DNA of 64,000 nt, taken from assembly GCF_018350175.1 (NCBI RefSeq), contig NC_058368.1, positions 169,448,001 through 169,512,000 on the forward strand, read 5' to 3'. Origin of the DNA: Felis catus (taxonomy: Eukaryota). The position numbers were made by a program, and so were the translations under genes. Each line of letters starts with the position of its first letter. The stretch's first letter is position 1. The notes below the pieces were generated by a model that worked only from the letters and a program-made list of their open reading frames with translations, had not been told where the DNA came from and ran no database searches. Shown here piece after piece: positions 52,391-64,000 of the stretch.

Positions 52391-54049
52391 AGCAACTAAT
52401 CTTTATCAAGTGCTATATTATATCCTGGGCTCATGTCTGAGCACTTGATGTTTTTTTCTCTTGGCATGGTCAGCAGAAAGTTTGAACATTCCCATTTAGG
52501 GGTAGGTTGGATTTTCTTTGCCTGTCCCTGGGAATCCAGATGTGGATCTTGGCTTCATGCGCTGGGACAGGAGTCCAGGTTTGTACCTTCCTCAAGCAAG
52601 ATGGGATTCTTTGCAGACCATTGTTTCATGAGATATCTTTGAATTTTCTATAGGTGCAGGCTTTTTAGCATGGAAAAGTTGAATTATCCAGGTACCCTTC
52701 TTTGGTGACTTGAAAGTGCCCCAGATCAAGAAAGTCCTGTAAAGACAATTTTCCACTGCCTTCCTGTTTGGCTTCTAGTTTCATACTTGTCGCTTTGTAC
52801 ATGCTCAGTAAATAACTCTAGAATGAATAGATCGATAGATTTTAGTTAAAGCAGAAGGGAGAAATACAGTCAGAGTAGCAATGCCCTTTTCGGAAGCTCA
52901 TGCTTGTATTGTCAAAATACTTGTATTGTCTTCTCTGCCCTAGCAGATTTTCATTTTTTTTCAGTCAGTATACTGTACTTCAAATATTAACTTAATTATA
53001 GACAAAAGAAATAACCAGTTGACTCCTTATATTTTAGTCCTCCCACATGTTTGAGTTTTGGAAATAAATAGAGTGGTAGTTTAGCCTGGATGTGTAGAAC
53101 ACCTCTATCTCTGTAAGATTTCATAGATAAGAGGTTGTTCTTGGAGGATCCACTTGGCTAGTAGATAGAATTGGTAACTGTGTATGCCTCAGCCGCTTAT
53201 CATGTTGCTTTAATACTCTGCCAGATAGGGCTATGCTTAGACTTGTGGGTCTTGTTAAAAAGGTTTCTTTATAGTGAAATTGCAAATATCTTTAGATAAA
53301 GTTTCCAGGGTATTTGAGAAGGAGGAAAAGTCGTAGAATTAAGTCATTAACATCTACAATTTTCTTTTGAAAAAGACTTCATATACACTTGTGTTGTTTT
53401 ATTAGTGTCAGTCTGTGCTTCCAAAAAATGGAGTAATTTGCAGCCTTTGGAAACTAATGCCTGTGCTTGGCAGAATTCTACTTCTCTGTATTCATAATAG
53501 TGCTGTTAATTACCTTATTGCTTTGCTGCTGGCTTTTAGATATAGTTTGTACTTACGATTTTCTTAGTTTCACTTACTAAAATGGGGAGAGAATTTCAGA
53601 TGTGGTATGAAAGGATACACTCTTAATTCCATATGATGAGAACAGTACTGCCAACTTGTTAACGCTGTTCAGGTTTTTAAAATGAAGACAAATTCCTTGC
53701 ATTAGAGATAAATTATACATAATCAAATCAGGTACTATAATTATCATGCATAAATAAATGCTTTTTTTCCTCAGGTCATTTGTCTCATTTTTCTCATTTC
53801 TTTCTGACTTTGTACAGATTTCAGGGTATTTTTGTTATTGTAGCATTAGTGTCTTTTTGAGTGTCATGTGCATTCAAATGGAATTTCACTACTTGAAATT
53901 CACTACTTGAAATATTTGTGAAATTTGTAAATGTGTCTTCATATGAATGAAACATCTAAGGGCATCCAAAGGTCATGTAATGGAATGTGACTGAGTTGAA
54001 ATCAGACATATGAATCAGACCTTTGTTGTATATTTGTGTTTTGATTTAG

Positions 54050-54221
54050 GTTGGTTGAAGACTTTTGATGACTACTTTAGAGAGATGACTCAGTATATTT
54101 TTAATAACATGGTCATCAAGCTGAAAGAAGACTCACGGAGGAAATTTATGTGGTCTGAGATTTCTTACCTTTCAAAGTGGTGGGATACTATAGATAAGCC
54201 GAAGAAGGATGCTGTTAAAAG
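54050..54221 (+). CDS. MAN2A1: MAN2A1 coding exon 4: GH38 N-terminal domain (gene continues beyond window)
   Basis: Acceptor TTTAG|GT completes Gly from exon 3. Reads (G)WLKTFDDYFREMTQYIFNNMVIKLKEDSRRKFMWSEISYLSKWWDTIDKPKKDAVK. Donor AAG|GTTTGT; 172 nt, ends phase 2. Confidence 0.96.
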
Positions 54222-54607
54222 GTTTGTTTCAAGATTTTTTTTTTTTTGCAATTTGGTAATATTAATTAATTATACAGTGAAACACGTGTTGAATTTTTAG
54301 AGGATGAAAATTCTTAGCCTTCTGTCTGAAACTTGAAATATTTCTCCAAATCTTTTTTTTCTTTGATTCTGCTTCATCTGTGGAAAAGTGACTTGAAACT
54401 GTTCTATTGAAATCCTAATGTTCTAACTCTGTCCCAGAAATTGAATTACTAGGTCAAAGGGGCTTAATATTTTAAATGCTTTTTGAAGCATATAATCAAA
54501 GTGACCCCTGGAAAGATTGTTTCCATGTACCAGTGTCTCTGCCTTTTGGCCACCAATATATTTTTTTTCTAAAACTTTGACCAATTTTGTGGTTGAAATA
54601 TTTAAAA

Positions 54608-54799
54608 ATTTTTTTAAGGTTTATTCATCTTTAAGAGAGAGTGAGAGAGAAGGTGAGCGGGGGAGGGTCAGAGAGAGAGGGAGACACAGAATCCGAAGCA
54701 GGCTCCAGGCTCTGAGCTGTCAGCACAGAGCCTCATGGGAGGCTCAAACTCATGAACCGTGAGATCATGACCTGAGCCCAGTGAGCCACCCAGGTGCCC
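54608..54799 (-). mobile_element. Can-SINE with deletion near head
   Basis: GA body; degenerate TSD gtgg(t/c)tgaaatattt. Confidence 0.9.
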
Positions 54800-56127
54800 T
54801 GATGGTGGCTGAAATATTTTAATTTGAAAATTTGATTACTGATAATGTTATGTACTTTCTCATATGTACAGGCAAAGTTTTTTGTGAATTGCTTGATGGT
54901 ATACTTTCCTTCTTACTGATTTGTAAGTTTGTACACACATGCGTTAACCCTTATTTTTTCTCAAGTTATTTTCTTAAATTTTAGCATTTCATATACATGC
55001 TTTAAACATTTTATTTTAATCAAACATACCAATCTGTTTTCTTAATAGCTTTAATGTCATATTTTAAAAGGTTTTTCCCAATCTAGAGATCAGAGGAAGA
55101 GTCCTTTTTTTCCACCCAGTTTAACTTTTTATCATTCACTTTTTAAAATCCTGAAATTTATCTTTTTAATATGGTATGGTGGGAGGTTCTGATCCCCCTG
55201 CCTCCCTCCTCTCTGCTCCCAAGAGTATAAAGATTATCTTAGCATGCATTGCTTTCTTTTATTTAGTATCACATGTACAGCGCTCACTGTTTTAGCGCCT
55301 GTTCTGATACTTCACAAATGATAACGGATAATCCTTGCAGCGGTCCTGTGAAGTAGGTACAATGACTGTCCTCATTTTACAGATAGAGACACTGGTCGTC
55401 CAGGGTCACCCAGCTGGGACGTGCCGTGCTGGTGTGCTATCTGGTGCAGACTGTCCAGCCCCACAGGTTTCCCTCCCATGCTGTGCTCTGCCGCTTTCCT
55501 AAGATCTAAAATGTCCCGGTTTTTTCCTACTGATTTGATGTGCCATCTTTATTGTCTTTAAATATGCGCTGATTTCTGGGCTTCCTGACCTCTTTCATGG
55601 ACTTTTCTGTTTGCAACTGGTTTGATATGCTTCATTGACAGTTAAAAATCTCCTCTTTCTTTACTGAAAAATTCTTCTAATGAGTGACCACTTCATTTTC
55701 CCAAAGAGTTTTAGAATTAATTATTAAAATCTTCCTGCCCTACCGAAGGGAAAAAAAAAGTGGCTTTGATGGAAATTGACATAAACATTTAAAGATAATT
55801 TGGAGGGAATTGGTTTTCTATCATTATCCATCAGACTTTTTTTGATAGGGTGCAGCACTCAAAAACTTTGTTAGTGACATGCACACACAAAAGATGGGAA
55901 CCTAATAAAGATGCTAGTAGAGTTTTATGTATGTTAGATGATTAAGAAATACATAATACTACAATAAAAGACGTAAAGCTTGCTTGTGGACACGGGTGTC
56001 AGCAAGGGTACACATTGTGAGTTGGTGCAAAGTGGTAGAAAGTGAGTTATCTGAAATCTGATCAGAAGTTGTTCAGCATATGCGCATGGGTATGAAGACA
56101 GTGGACTGAGGTAGCTGGTAGACCTTG

Positions 56128-56128
<1 letters not shown>

Positions 56129-56170
<42 letters not shown>
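56129..56170. repeat. (GA)n microsatellite
   Basis: Direct reading. Confidence 0.95.
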
Positions 56171-56172
<2 letters not shown>

Positions 56173-56699
56173 AGAGTTAGTTACGTATTCCTATGTGAAT
56201 GCGTTCAGCTAGGTGCAGTTTTATGCCTCCTTCACTTACTGTTTCTCAGGGACAAAATTTCACTTAAGCAATACAAAATTTGTTCCCTAATCAATCACTT
56301 TGGAACACATTTTTGTTTTTGAAACAAAAAATTTTTCACGTAAGGAACTATACCTATTTTTTGCCACTGTACCCCTGTCAGCTTCCTTTTATTTTAGGTG
56401 TTTTATTTTTCAAATTCAGTACCTAAGGGTTCATGCCTGATCTTTTGTTGGCTTATTAGCTCATTTGTTCGTTCATTCTACAGCTCTTTCTGAACACCTA
56501 CTGTGGGCCAGTTACTATGAGGTTTGGGTACTCTTGGGCTGAGTATTTCTTTCTTCTTGATTGTAAATTGTATCTTTCACCATTGACAAATAACTATCTT
56601 TTCTCCATTTAAGAACTAAAGTGCTATTACTACCAGTCACTTGTAGTTGTTTAGATTTACCTGATTTGTGCTGCCCTTTTTCCTTAAAAACAGGCACTT

Positions 56700-56930
56700 T
56701 AGAGTGGTAGTTCAAATGGCTGGTCACTGGAATGAGGCTACCTGGATTCAAGTCCTGGCACTCCCATCTACTGTGTGAACTTTGGGCATATTACTTAACT
56801 TTTGTGGGCCTTATTTTCTTCATTTGTCAAGTGGAGATAATATTGAGACCTCTTGGTTTTTTTCAAGGATTGGATGAATAGAAATAAATGCTTAGGACAA
56901 TGCCTGGCATATTCTAAGTCCTTAATAACT
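56700..56930 (+). mobile_element. MIR SINE
   Basis: cctggattcaagtcctggc...tgtgtgaactttgggcatattacttaac...aatgcctggcata. Confidence 0.8.
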
Positions 56931-57035
56931 ATTGAAAGCTCTTGTTACTTTAACGTTTATTTGTCACTCTGAGTATTTCTCTTGGACACTGAATATAGTT
57001 TTTAGTTTTGAAGTCATCATGAGAGTCTTCATCTT

Positions 57036-57258
57036 ATTTTTTGTAATGTTTATTTATTTATTTATTTATTTTGAGAGAGCGTGCATGTGTGTGCACAGGA
57101 GAGGGACAGAGAGAGAGGGAGAGAGAGAGAATCCCAAGCAGGCTCTGCACTGTCAGTGCGGAGCCTAACATGGGTCTCGATCTCATGAACTGTGAGATTG
57201 TGCCCTGAGCCGACATCAAGAGTCAGACGCTTAACCGACTGAGCCACCCAGGCGCCCC
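57036..57258 (-). mobile_element. Can-SINE
   Basis: TSD agtcttcatctt; ends cccaggcgcccc. Confidence 0.94.
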
Positions 57259-59092
57259 TAGTCTTCATCTTTTAATAAAAGCATTTAACTATAAAATTAA
57301 TGTTTTATTAAAAAAACCTTTTTAATGTATTGCTTCAATGAAGTTAACCTTCCCCGTCCCCCCCATCACTTCCCTGCTCAGATGTTTTTAGGATTTTAAA
57401 AGTTTTATCCATAAAATTCTAAACTTTCACCGTGTATCTAGGTATGTGTATAACTTACTATTAACTTTTCCATATATCAGTTCAGACATCTTCAGTTTAT
57501 GTTTTCTGCTCTTATTACTTACTGTTTTTATTTCCTTTGTTTTAGGATTAAATTTTCTGGTTACTGAGTCTTCTGCACATGCATTTTTTATTTCTTTGTT
57601 ATATTTCCTGTGTTTGGGAGATTTTTCTTAAGGTTTCTTTTTTTCCTCTCTCAGGTTCAGTTCTTTGTGGTATGGAAGGTGTTCTTTTCTGGCTTTGAAT
57701 GCTTGGTTTTAACTGTTTTTGTTTGCTTGTTTTTTGCCCTTCTGCATTCTTTACATTGCACCCTGTAAGTCCAAGTATTTTCCTCCTTTTTATTCATTCT
57801 TGAGCAATAACAGATGTGTCCACACCTGGAATTTGTCCCAAAACAGAGAGTGTAGCAGGCTTCCAGTTCCTTCCTGTTCTGACTACTTTGTTTCCTTGTG
57901 GTGGGTGTTGGTTAAAATGGCTGGCCGGCATCCATTCCACCTGGTTTCCTTTTGGGAAATGGTCTGTCACACACGTAAGTCAGACTCTCCATCTTCCTGC
58001 CTCAGGTCAGACAGACCAGCTATGACCTGAGCTCAGCTGATCAGTATAATATTTCCTAGGATCTGAATCTTCGGAGAGTGAAGCCAGTGTGACAGATGGA
58101 AGCAGGGGAAGCAGACACGGAGGGAAGGTTGCAGGCCATCCCTCACGGCACTGGTGCATTCCCAAGACTCTTCCCATCCGTGACATGGTCCCTGTGATCC
58201 CTGTAGCACGGCCTCTCATTTTCTTCCAGCCCTTCGTTAAGCCTGGACTTTTAGTCCTTCGTTTTGCGTGCCCAGGAGAGTCTCTTAATGCAGTTGCTCT
58301 CCAGAGCCAGCAGGTGTTGCTTGCAAACAAGAAAGCTAGCTGATGTATTTCCCCCTGCTCATATCCTTTGTTGGAGAGCTGGATTCTGAAAGGCTGCATG
58401 AACATCAGGGGCCCAGCAGCTGGAAAATATGTCCTTGATGTGAGCAACACTAGCCGAGGGGAAGAGACGAGCTGGGACTGTGGGAAGATGGAGAAATTTA
58501 TGAAGTGTCTGCTCTTTGCGCAGCCTAGGATTGACTTTCTTCATGTAGCATTTTTTTTTTTTTTTTTTAATATGACCTGTAAGCCAAGTAAGAGCTTTGG
58601 CCTGTCTGAAGGTTCTGCTTCATAAGAGTGTAGGGAAGAGTCCAGCCAAGTCTGAAGGAAACTGGGCTTGCTGCCTGCTGCTTTTGGTAAAGTGAGGCCA
58701 TGCTTGGTTCCTCCCAGTGTGGCTGTATTAGGAAGCCATCCTCTGTAGCAGTAAAGACCTTGGGGTGGAGAGACTTCTGTAGGAAGAGCCCAAAGAGAGA
58801 AGCATGAAGACTGTGATTAGTGTCTGTCCCAGGATTCAGCTTTGCTTCAGTCCTTGGCCCTCCCACTTAGGGGCTGTTGCCCATTTCTCTCTGAGTCTTT
58901 TCTCTTCATGATTCGGGACTCCTCGTTGGTTTCTCTTGCAGGGCAATTGCAAGTCTGTACTTGAATTCTTTCTTTCACCTCCACAGTATGTCAGAAATGC
59001 CACCAGTTTTATGGCATGAGGGTAGTCCCCTTTACCTGATTCTATCTGGATGCAAGTTTCTATCCCTTTTTCTTTTCTCTTGGCCATTTTAG

Positions 59093-59172
59093 TTAGGTTG
59101 AACTGTATGATATTGCCAAAATTGTACCATTTTTGATGTACGAAAATGTCAGTTTCACGTGATTCAACCTAA
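59093..59172. mobile_element. MADE2-like mariner MITE (80-bp palindrome)
   Basis: ttaggttgaactgtatgatattgcca...tgtcagtttcacgtgattcaacctaa, followed by TA. Confidence 0.8.
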
Positions 59173-61509
59173 TACTAAGAAGAGAGAATGGTAAGATGTT
59201 GGGAGTGGGAATGCACATTAGAATCTAATGTTCAGTCTTTTGTCTTAACCTTCCTTTGAGAGATGCTGTTTTGGCAATGGGAAATATTCTGGAATATAGG
59301 CCTGATCTTAATGATATCATTTTGCTTGAAGAATGTATTGCTTTATGGCAACAATAGGGCAAACGAGTTTTATTTCTGGTCAAGCTTTGGTACAGTTTTC
59401 TCCCTTCTTGTTATAATCATTCACTTTTACTTATTTATTACATTTATCTGTGGAAAGAGGGTAATAGCATTTTCTTTTTCCTGTTTACTTAAACATAACA
59501 TTCTTAATTCTCCTTGCCTGAATGCATGTTTTTTTGGGAAAAGTTAATAAATACATAGGTGTGCTCTCATTATTTAAAATTCTGAGCTTGTCCCAACTGG
59601 CAGTAGTGACAGAATTTTTTTTTTTACTGCTAGTATAAGGCTTATGCAATGGTTTATTTTTTCCTTTTTGAAGATGAGTCTATGGATTATATGTCTGTAC
59701 CTAAATTTGCAAGCTAGCTGTTGCAGAACAGAACCTGTTAATTCCAGCAGAGTTCCATGTAAGCTTTTATTGTCCCTGAAGAATACCAATTGATTGTGGA
59801 AACTTAACAGAAACATAACTCAAATGATCCCATAATCTATTCTAGCAGTGACTTGTTTGATTCTTACCCCCTGTGGCAGCAGTATTCAGCTCCATGCTTT
59901 TAAAAATGAGAATCTAGTTAACTAAAGGAGATCCATGCAAACAACATCTAGCTTTTTTATTTTGTGTGTGTGATTCAGTGTAATTTAATCAATTATAGTC
60001 ATGGTGCCTACTTGTAACACATAGCCAGTGCATTTAAAAGAAACTGCCTCCTGTTAAATAATCAGCACATTTTCTGTCTATGCTTGTTTTATTTTTGAAA
60101 ATGACTAGTATGTTAACATTCTTTTTACTTTTTAGGCTTCATATTTGAATATTTTTCAGCTAAATGCAGTTAAATACTGCATGATGTTTATAATACATCA
60201 AAATGTGAATCCTTATTCAGAGTCAAGCAGCTGAAACATTAGCCTTAGCATTTCCTTTGACTAGCACCCAGCATATTACATATTCATTTTTCCTCTCTGA
60301 GCTCTGAGACATTAACACAGTTTTTACAGTGTATGTGCTCCTGCTGTTGAGACTGGTGTTCAGTGAAGAAGCCCCATGAGTTGTAAGAACCTAGAATAGT
60401 TTGTGTGTTTACCAGAGTCTTGACCAGCTTCCCTGTGTGGACCTTTTGGTATGAAATAAGGCTTCAGATACATGCTGGGAGGAAGGGTACCATCGGTGCA
60501 TTGTTATGGAAGTTACAGTTAATGAAGATATTTTATCTTCATCACTTTGCTGGGTTTCATTGCTTTGCCAGGAATGCAAAATCTTTAATCTCTCTACCCT
60601 TCTCTTACATCTTTTTTCCTAGGTCTATATTTAAGTGAACCTTCTACTCTCTTTTCTTAACCCTCTGTTTGCTTATTGAAATCAGAGAAATGTTTGCGAT
60701 TACATTCTTAAATAATATAAATCCTAACTTATTGATGTACATTTTGGGTTTCAGTTTCTAGAAAAAGTTCTTATACAGGCTAGCTTATTATACATTTTAT
60801 ACAGGTCAGATTTTATGGTGTTTGACCAAAGGCTGCTGTAAAATTTGCAGAGCAATGAGAAGTTAACAGTGTGTCTTGTGATGTTCAAGGTAAATTGCAG
60901 ATTTGGATTGAGTTTAGAGCCTAAAGATACATAACATTTCATCAAAGGAATCAAAGCAGTTCACCGGTGTCTAAAATAACTTCAGTGCTAATAGTTGAAG
61001 CAGCAGCATATGTGTATTTGAAAAAGTATGTATTCCTTCCCCACTTCGTCCAATCCCCGTTCACTTCCAGTGAGGCCGCTTTGCTTTTCTTCCACCCCTC
61101 AGTCACTTCAGCTGGTGGCTTCTCTTTACATGGTGGATACTGGCAAAAGCCATGAGGGACTACCAGCACCGGATGTTTCCTCAATCCTCCTGGGAGGACT
61201 CTTCACAGCAGCGACGCTGATTGCTCTAGTCTCATTGAAATTCTTCCCATTTTTGTCTTCTGTGACCCGGAGCTCTTTCTCTCCTGTTCCTGTTCCTGCT
61301 TTGCTGAGGATTCCTTTTTCATCTCCTCAGTTTCTTCCTCTGCTCATTTCCTAAATGTCCCTTTTCTCACCTGTGGGGTGGCATCCCTTGTTCTCCTCTT
61401 CACTTTGCAGCCTCATCCACACTATTGTTTTAATTACTGGGTGTTTGGGCTGCTTCCAGATCCAAAGCTCCAACCTCAACTTCTTTTTTTCCCTATTTAG
61501 TTATAATAT

Positions 61510-61750
61510 TAACAGCTAACACTTCCTGAGTGCTTAATGTATACCAGGCATGGTGTAAGCATTTACCTGTATTTACTGAGTTGGTCCTATAGCTTTCTTA
61601 TGAATTAAGATGACTTAGGTTTCCTTATGAGGAAACTGAGGCAGAAGTGTTAAGGAATGCACCTAGGGTCCTCCAGCTAGTAAGTATGGCATGAGGACCA
61701 GAGCCAGGCAGTCTTGACCTGGAGCCGGTGCCCTGACCCATTGTGTGCTC
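61510..61750 (-). mobile_element. MIR SINE
   Basis: atgaggaaactgaggcagaagtgttaagga. Confidence 0.75.
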
Positions 61751-62304
61751 TACCTTTCCACTGGCCCTCAGGCTACATCCAGTCAGTCCCCAAGCCTTGT
61801 GAGTTGTGCCTCCTTAGTATTTCTGTGCTCTGAATCCCAGCTCCAGCCCCATTACTCTTCGTTTCCTGCTATTCTGAAAACCTCCACCTGGTCTTCCTGT
61901 TTCTAGTTGCGCCTCTTGCAGGTGTTCTCCATTTCACCAGGAGTTAAGCTTGTAATAAATGATTTTGTCCATGTCCCTTCTTGGCTTTAAAATGCTTCAG
62001 TGATGCTTCGGTGTCAAAAAGGTACAGATCTATGTCCTCTATCTGGCACACACTGGCTTTTGCTCGCTGATTCCTCCCTGCTTGTCCACCCTTACCTCCC
62101 ATCACTTAGCCCTTCTGAGCCACGTGGGTGTCCGCAGACTCTTGCTATTTCTTGCTTAGGAATTTGCCCGTCAGTTGAGCTTAGAGTTTGTTTGTTTTTT
62201 TCCCCCTTTTGTGCACTGGTTAATCTCAGTATTACTCATTTTTCAAGACCCAGCTGAGACAATATTTTATCTTATTTCCAAAACCTTCCCTTATTGACTC
62301 CACT

Positions 62305-62690
62305 CTTCATTCAATAAATATTTACTGTGCTAGACTCCAGGGATATAGGTGATCAGTAAGACAGACCTGATCCCATCCTTCAAGGCAGAGCAGGGAAGAC
62401 ATATAATTAAATGCAGTATCACAATCAAGTGTTTTCCTTCTATGGATGCGTGAAGGGGGTCTTGGAAGACTTCCTGAAGCAGGTGGTGGTATTCAAGCTG
62501 AAACCTGAAAGGCGGTTAGAATTAGCCAGGTATGTAGGAGGTGGCAGAGGGTGGGGAAGGAATTCCAGGGTATGAGAAGAGAATTGTGATTATGGGCCAG
62601 GGATTAGTAAGAGCTTGGCATGTTCAAACACCTGGACGCAGTGTCTGAGGCTGCAGCAGTGTGGAGGAAGGTGTGTGTGCTTGGGCTGGG
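62305..62690 (-). mobile_element. L2 3' fragment
   Basis: ttcattcaataaatatttactg...ggaagacttcctgaagcaggtg...aagctgaaacctgaaagg. Confidence 0.6.
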
Positions 62691-62699
62691 TAATGTACG

Positions 62700-63470
62700 G
62701 TGATCAGGGAGATGCAAATTATAACTACTCTAAGATTCTGTCCCCAACCTTTTAGAATGGCTAAAATCAAAAAGACTGCCAACACCAAGAGTTGACGAAG
62801 AAGGTGCAGCACGAGGAAGGTGCAGCAATTGGAACTGCCCTATTGCCAGTGGGAATGTAAAATGGTACAACTGCTCTCTGAAAGCCACCAGAGTTTTCCA
62901 GAGTTAAACATACATCATGTGGCCTAGGAGCCCCCTCCTAGGAATTTATCTAAGAGAAATGAAAACATGTTCACAAAAAGACTTGTTCACACATTTTCAT
63001 AGGGAAGTTTTCATAGTAACTTCAAACTGGAAACATTTCAAATGCCCATCAACAAGATAATAGATGAAAAACTTGTGGCATATTTGTGCAATGGAATACT
63101 CCTCAATGATGAAAAATAATGAATTACTGAGATGCATAGTAATATGGATGAATCTAAAGAATGTATAAAGCAAAAAAAAAAAAAAAAAGCCTGATGCAGA
63201 AGAGTAAATAGTGTATGATTTTATTTTATCAAGTGTAAGAGTAGCTCAGCTTATCTATTATGATGAAAATCATGAAGTAAGAAGAATGTCTTTCTCTTTG
63301 GGAGCAGTTGAGGTAGGAAACGATTGGAAAGAGGCACGAAGGAACTCTCTGAGTTAATGGAAATAGTCCATATCTTGTTTTGGTGATTACAGGGATGTAA
63401 ACAGTTGTCAAAGCTGATCAGACTAAACACATGTATATTGTGTGTTGTTGTCTCAATTAAAAGTCTTTTA
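62700..63470 (+). mobile_element. Old L1 (ORF2 C-terminus plus 3' UTR)
   Basis: agaatggctaaaatcaaaaagactgccaacacc...gggaatgtaaaatggtacaac...ctaggaatttatctaagagaaatgaaaaca...tctcaattaaaa. Confidence 0.85.
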
Positions 63471-63749
63471 GAAAATACATTGCAGCCCTAAAATAATGAT
63501 AGGTCTATTTATTAACATGGAAAGATAGGTTGCTCATGGTATAGTATTAAGTAAAATAAGTTGGTTAAAAACTCTACCATGACCCCTTAATGCATTTATA
63601 GCAAGATATTTAGATTTTTAAATTCTATTCCTTAACCTCTTATGTATTTTCTGATTCATTTTGAATGAACATTTTATTTTATTTTGGAAAATGAGAACAT
63701 GAAGTAATATTTACTCTACAGTGAAATATTTAAAGGATAGCCTCTTTTC

Positions 63750-64000
63750 TTTTCATTTTTTTAAGTTTTTATTTAAATTCCAGCAGCTAACACACAGTGT
63801 AATATTAGTTTCATGTGCACAATTTAGTGATTCAACACTTACATACAACACCCAGTGCTCATCACAAGTGCTTAATTCCCATCAACTAATTAACGCAATC
63901 CCTCACCCATCTTCTCTCTGGTAACCATCAGTTTGTTCTCTACACCCAATAATCTGTTTCTTGGTTTGTCTCTCTCTTTTTTCCTTCTATGAGCATTTGT
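63750..64000 (-). mobile_element. Carnivore L1 3' end (truncated by window edge)
   Basis: atttagtgattcaacacttacatacaacacccagtgctcatcacaagtgc...ctctggtaaccatcagtttgttctcta. Confidence 0.8.

Noticed and set aside
54010..54300. ORF-track entries 54010-54300, 40886-41077 and 38302-38607 as stand-alone proteins
   Set aside because: They are MAN2A1 exons plus read-through into introns; true limits are set by the splice sites.
60110..60230. Strong-looking splice acceptor (ttctttttactttttag) as a candidate MAN2A1 exon 5
   Set aside because: Downstream translation does not continue the GH38 sequence and I see no clear donor; exon 5 is probably beyond the window. A cryptic exon cannot be excluded.

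Overview
Mammalian genomic DNA, most likely from a felid (cat-like Can-SINEs throughout). The window holds the 5' part of MAN2A1 (Golgi alpha-mannosidase II, GH38) on the + strand: a TATA-less CpG-island promoter (~12.4-14.5 kb) and coding exons 1-4 (13616-13750, 38290-38547, 40886-41030, 54050-54221). These splice in frame, and the gene continues beyond the window. Directly upstream, on the - strand, is a decayed endogenous retrovirus (~6.95-12.13 kb). It combines ERV-L-type gag, protease and RT remnants with an envelope TM remnant and two dissimilar LTR-like ends; the promoter-proximal one carries a strong CTCF-like motif. The rest is intronic or intergenic DNA with 14 Can-SINEs, L1, L2, MIR, LTR and DNA-transposon relics and microsatellites. 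I found no convincing new protein-coding gene or novel multi-gene system. The best leads are the env-bearing, apparently chimeric ERV, its LTR-borne CTCF site, a possible exon 2-4 circular RNA with a junction-spanning ORF, and regulatory features of the 5' leader. Repeat family names come from visual recognition and their boundaries are approximate.
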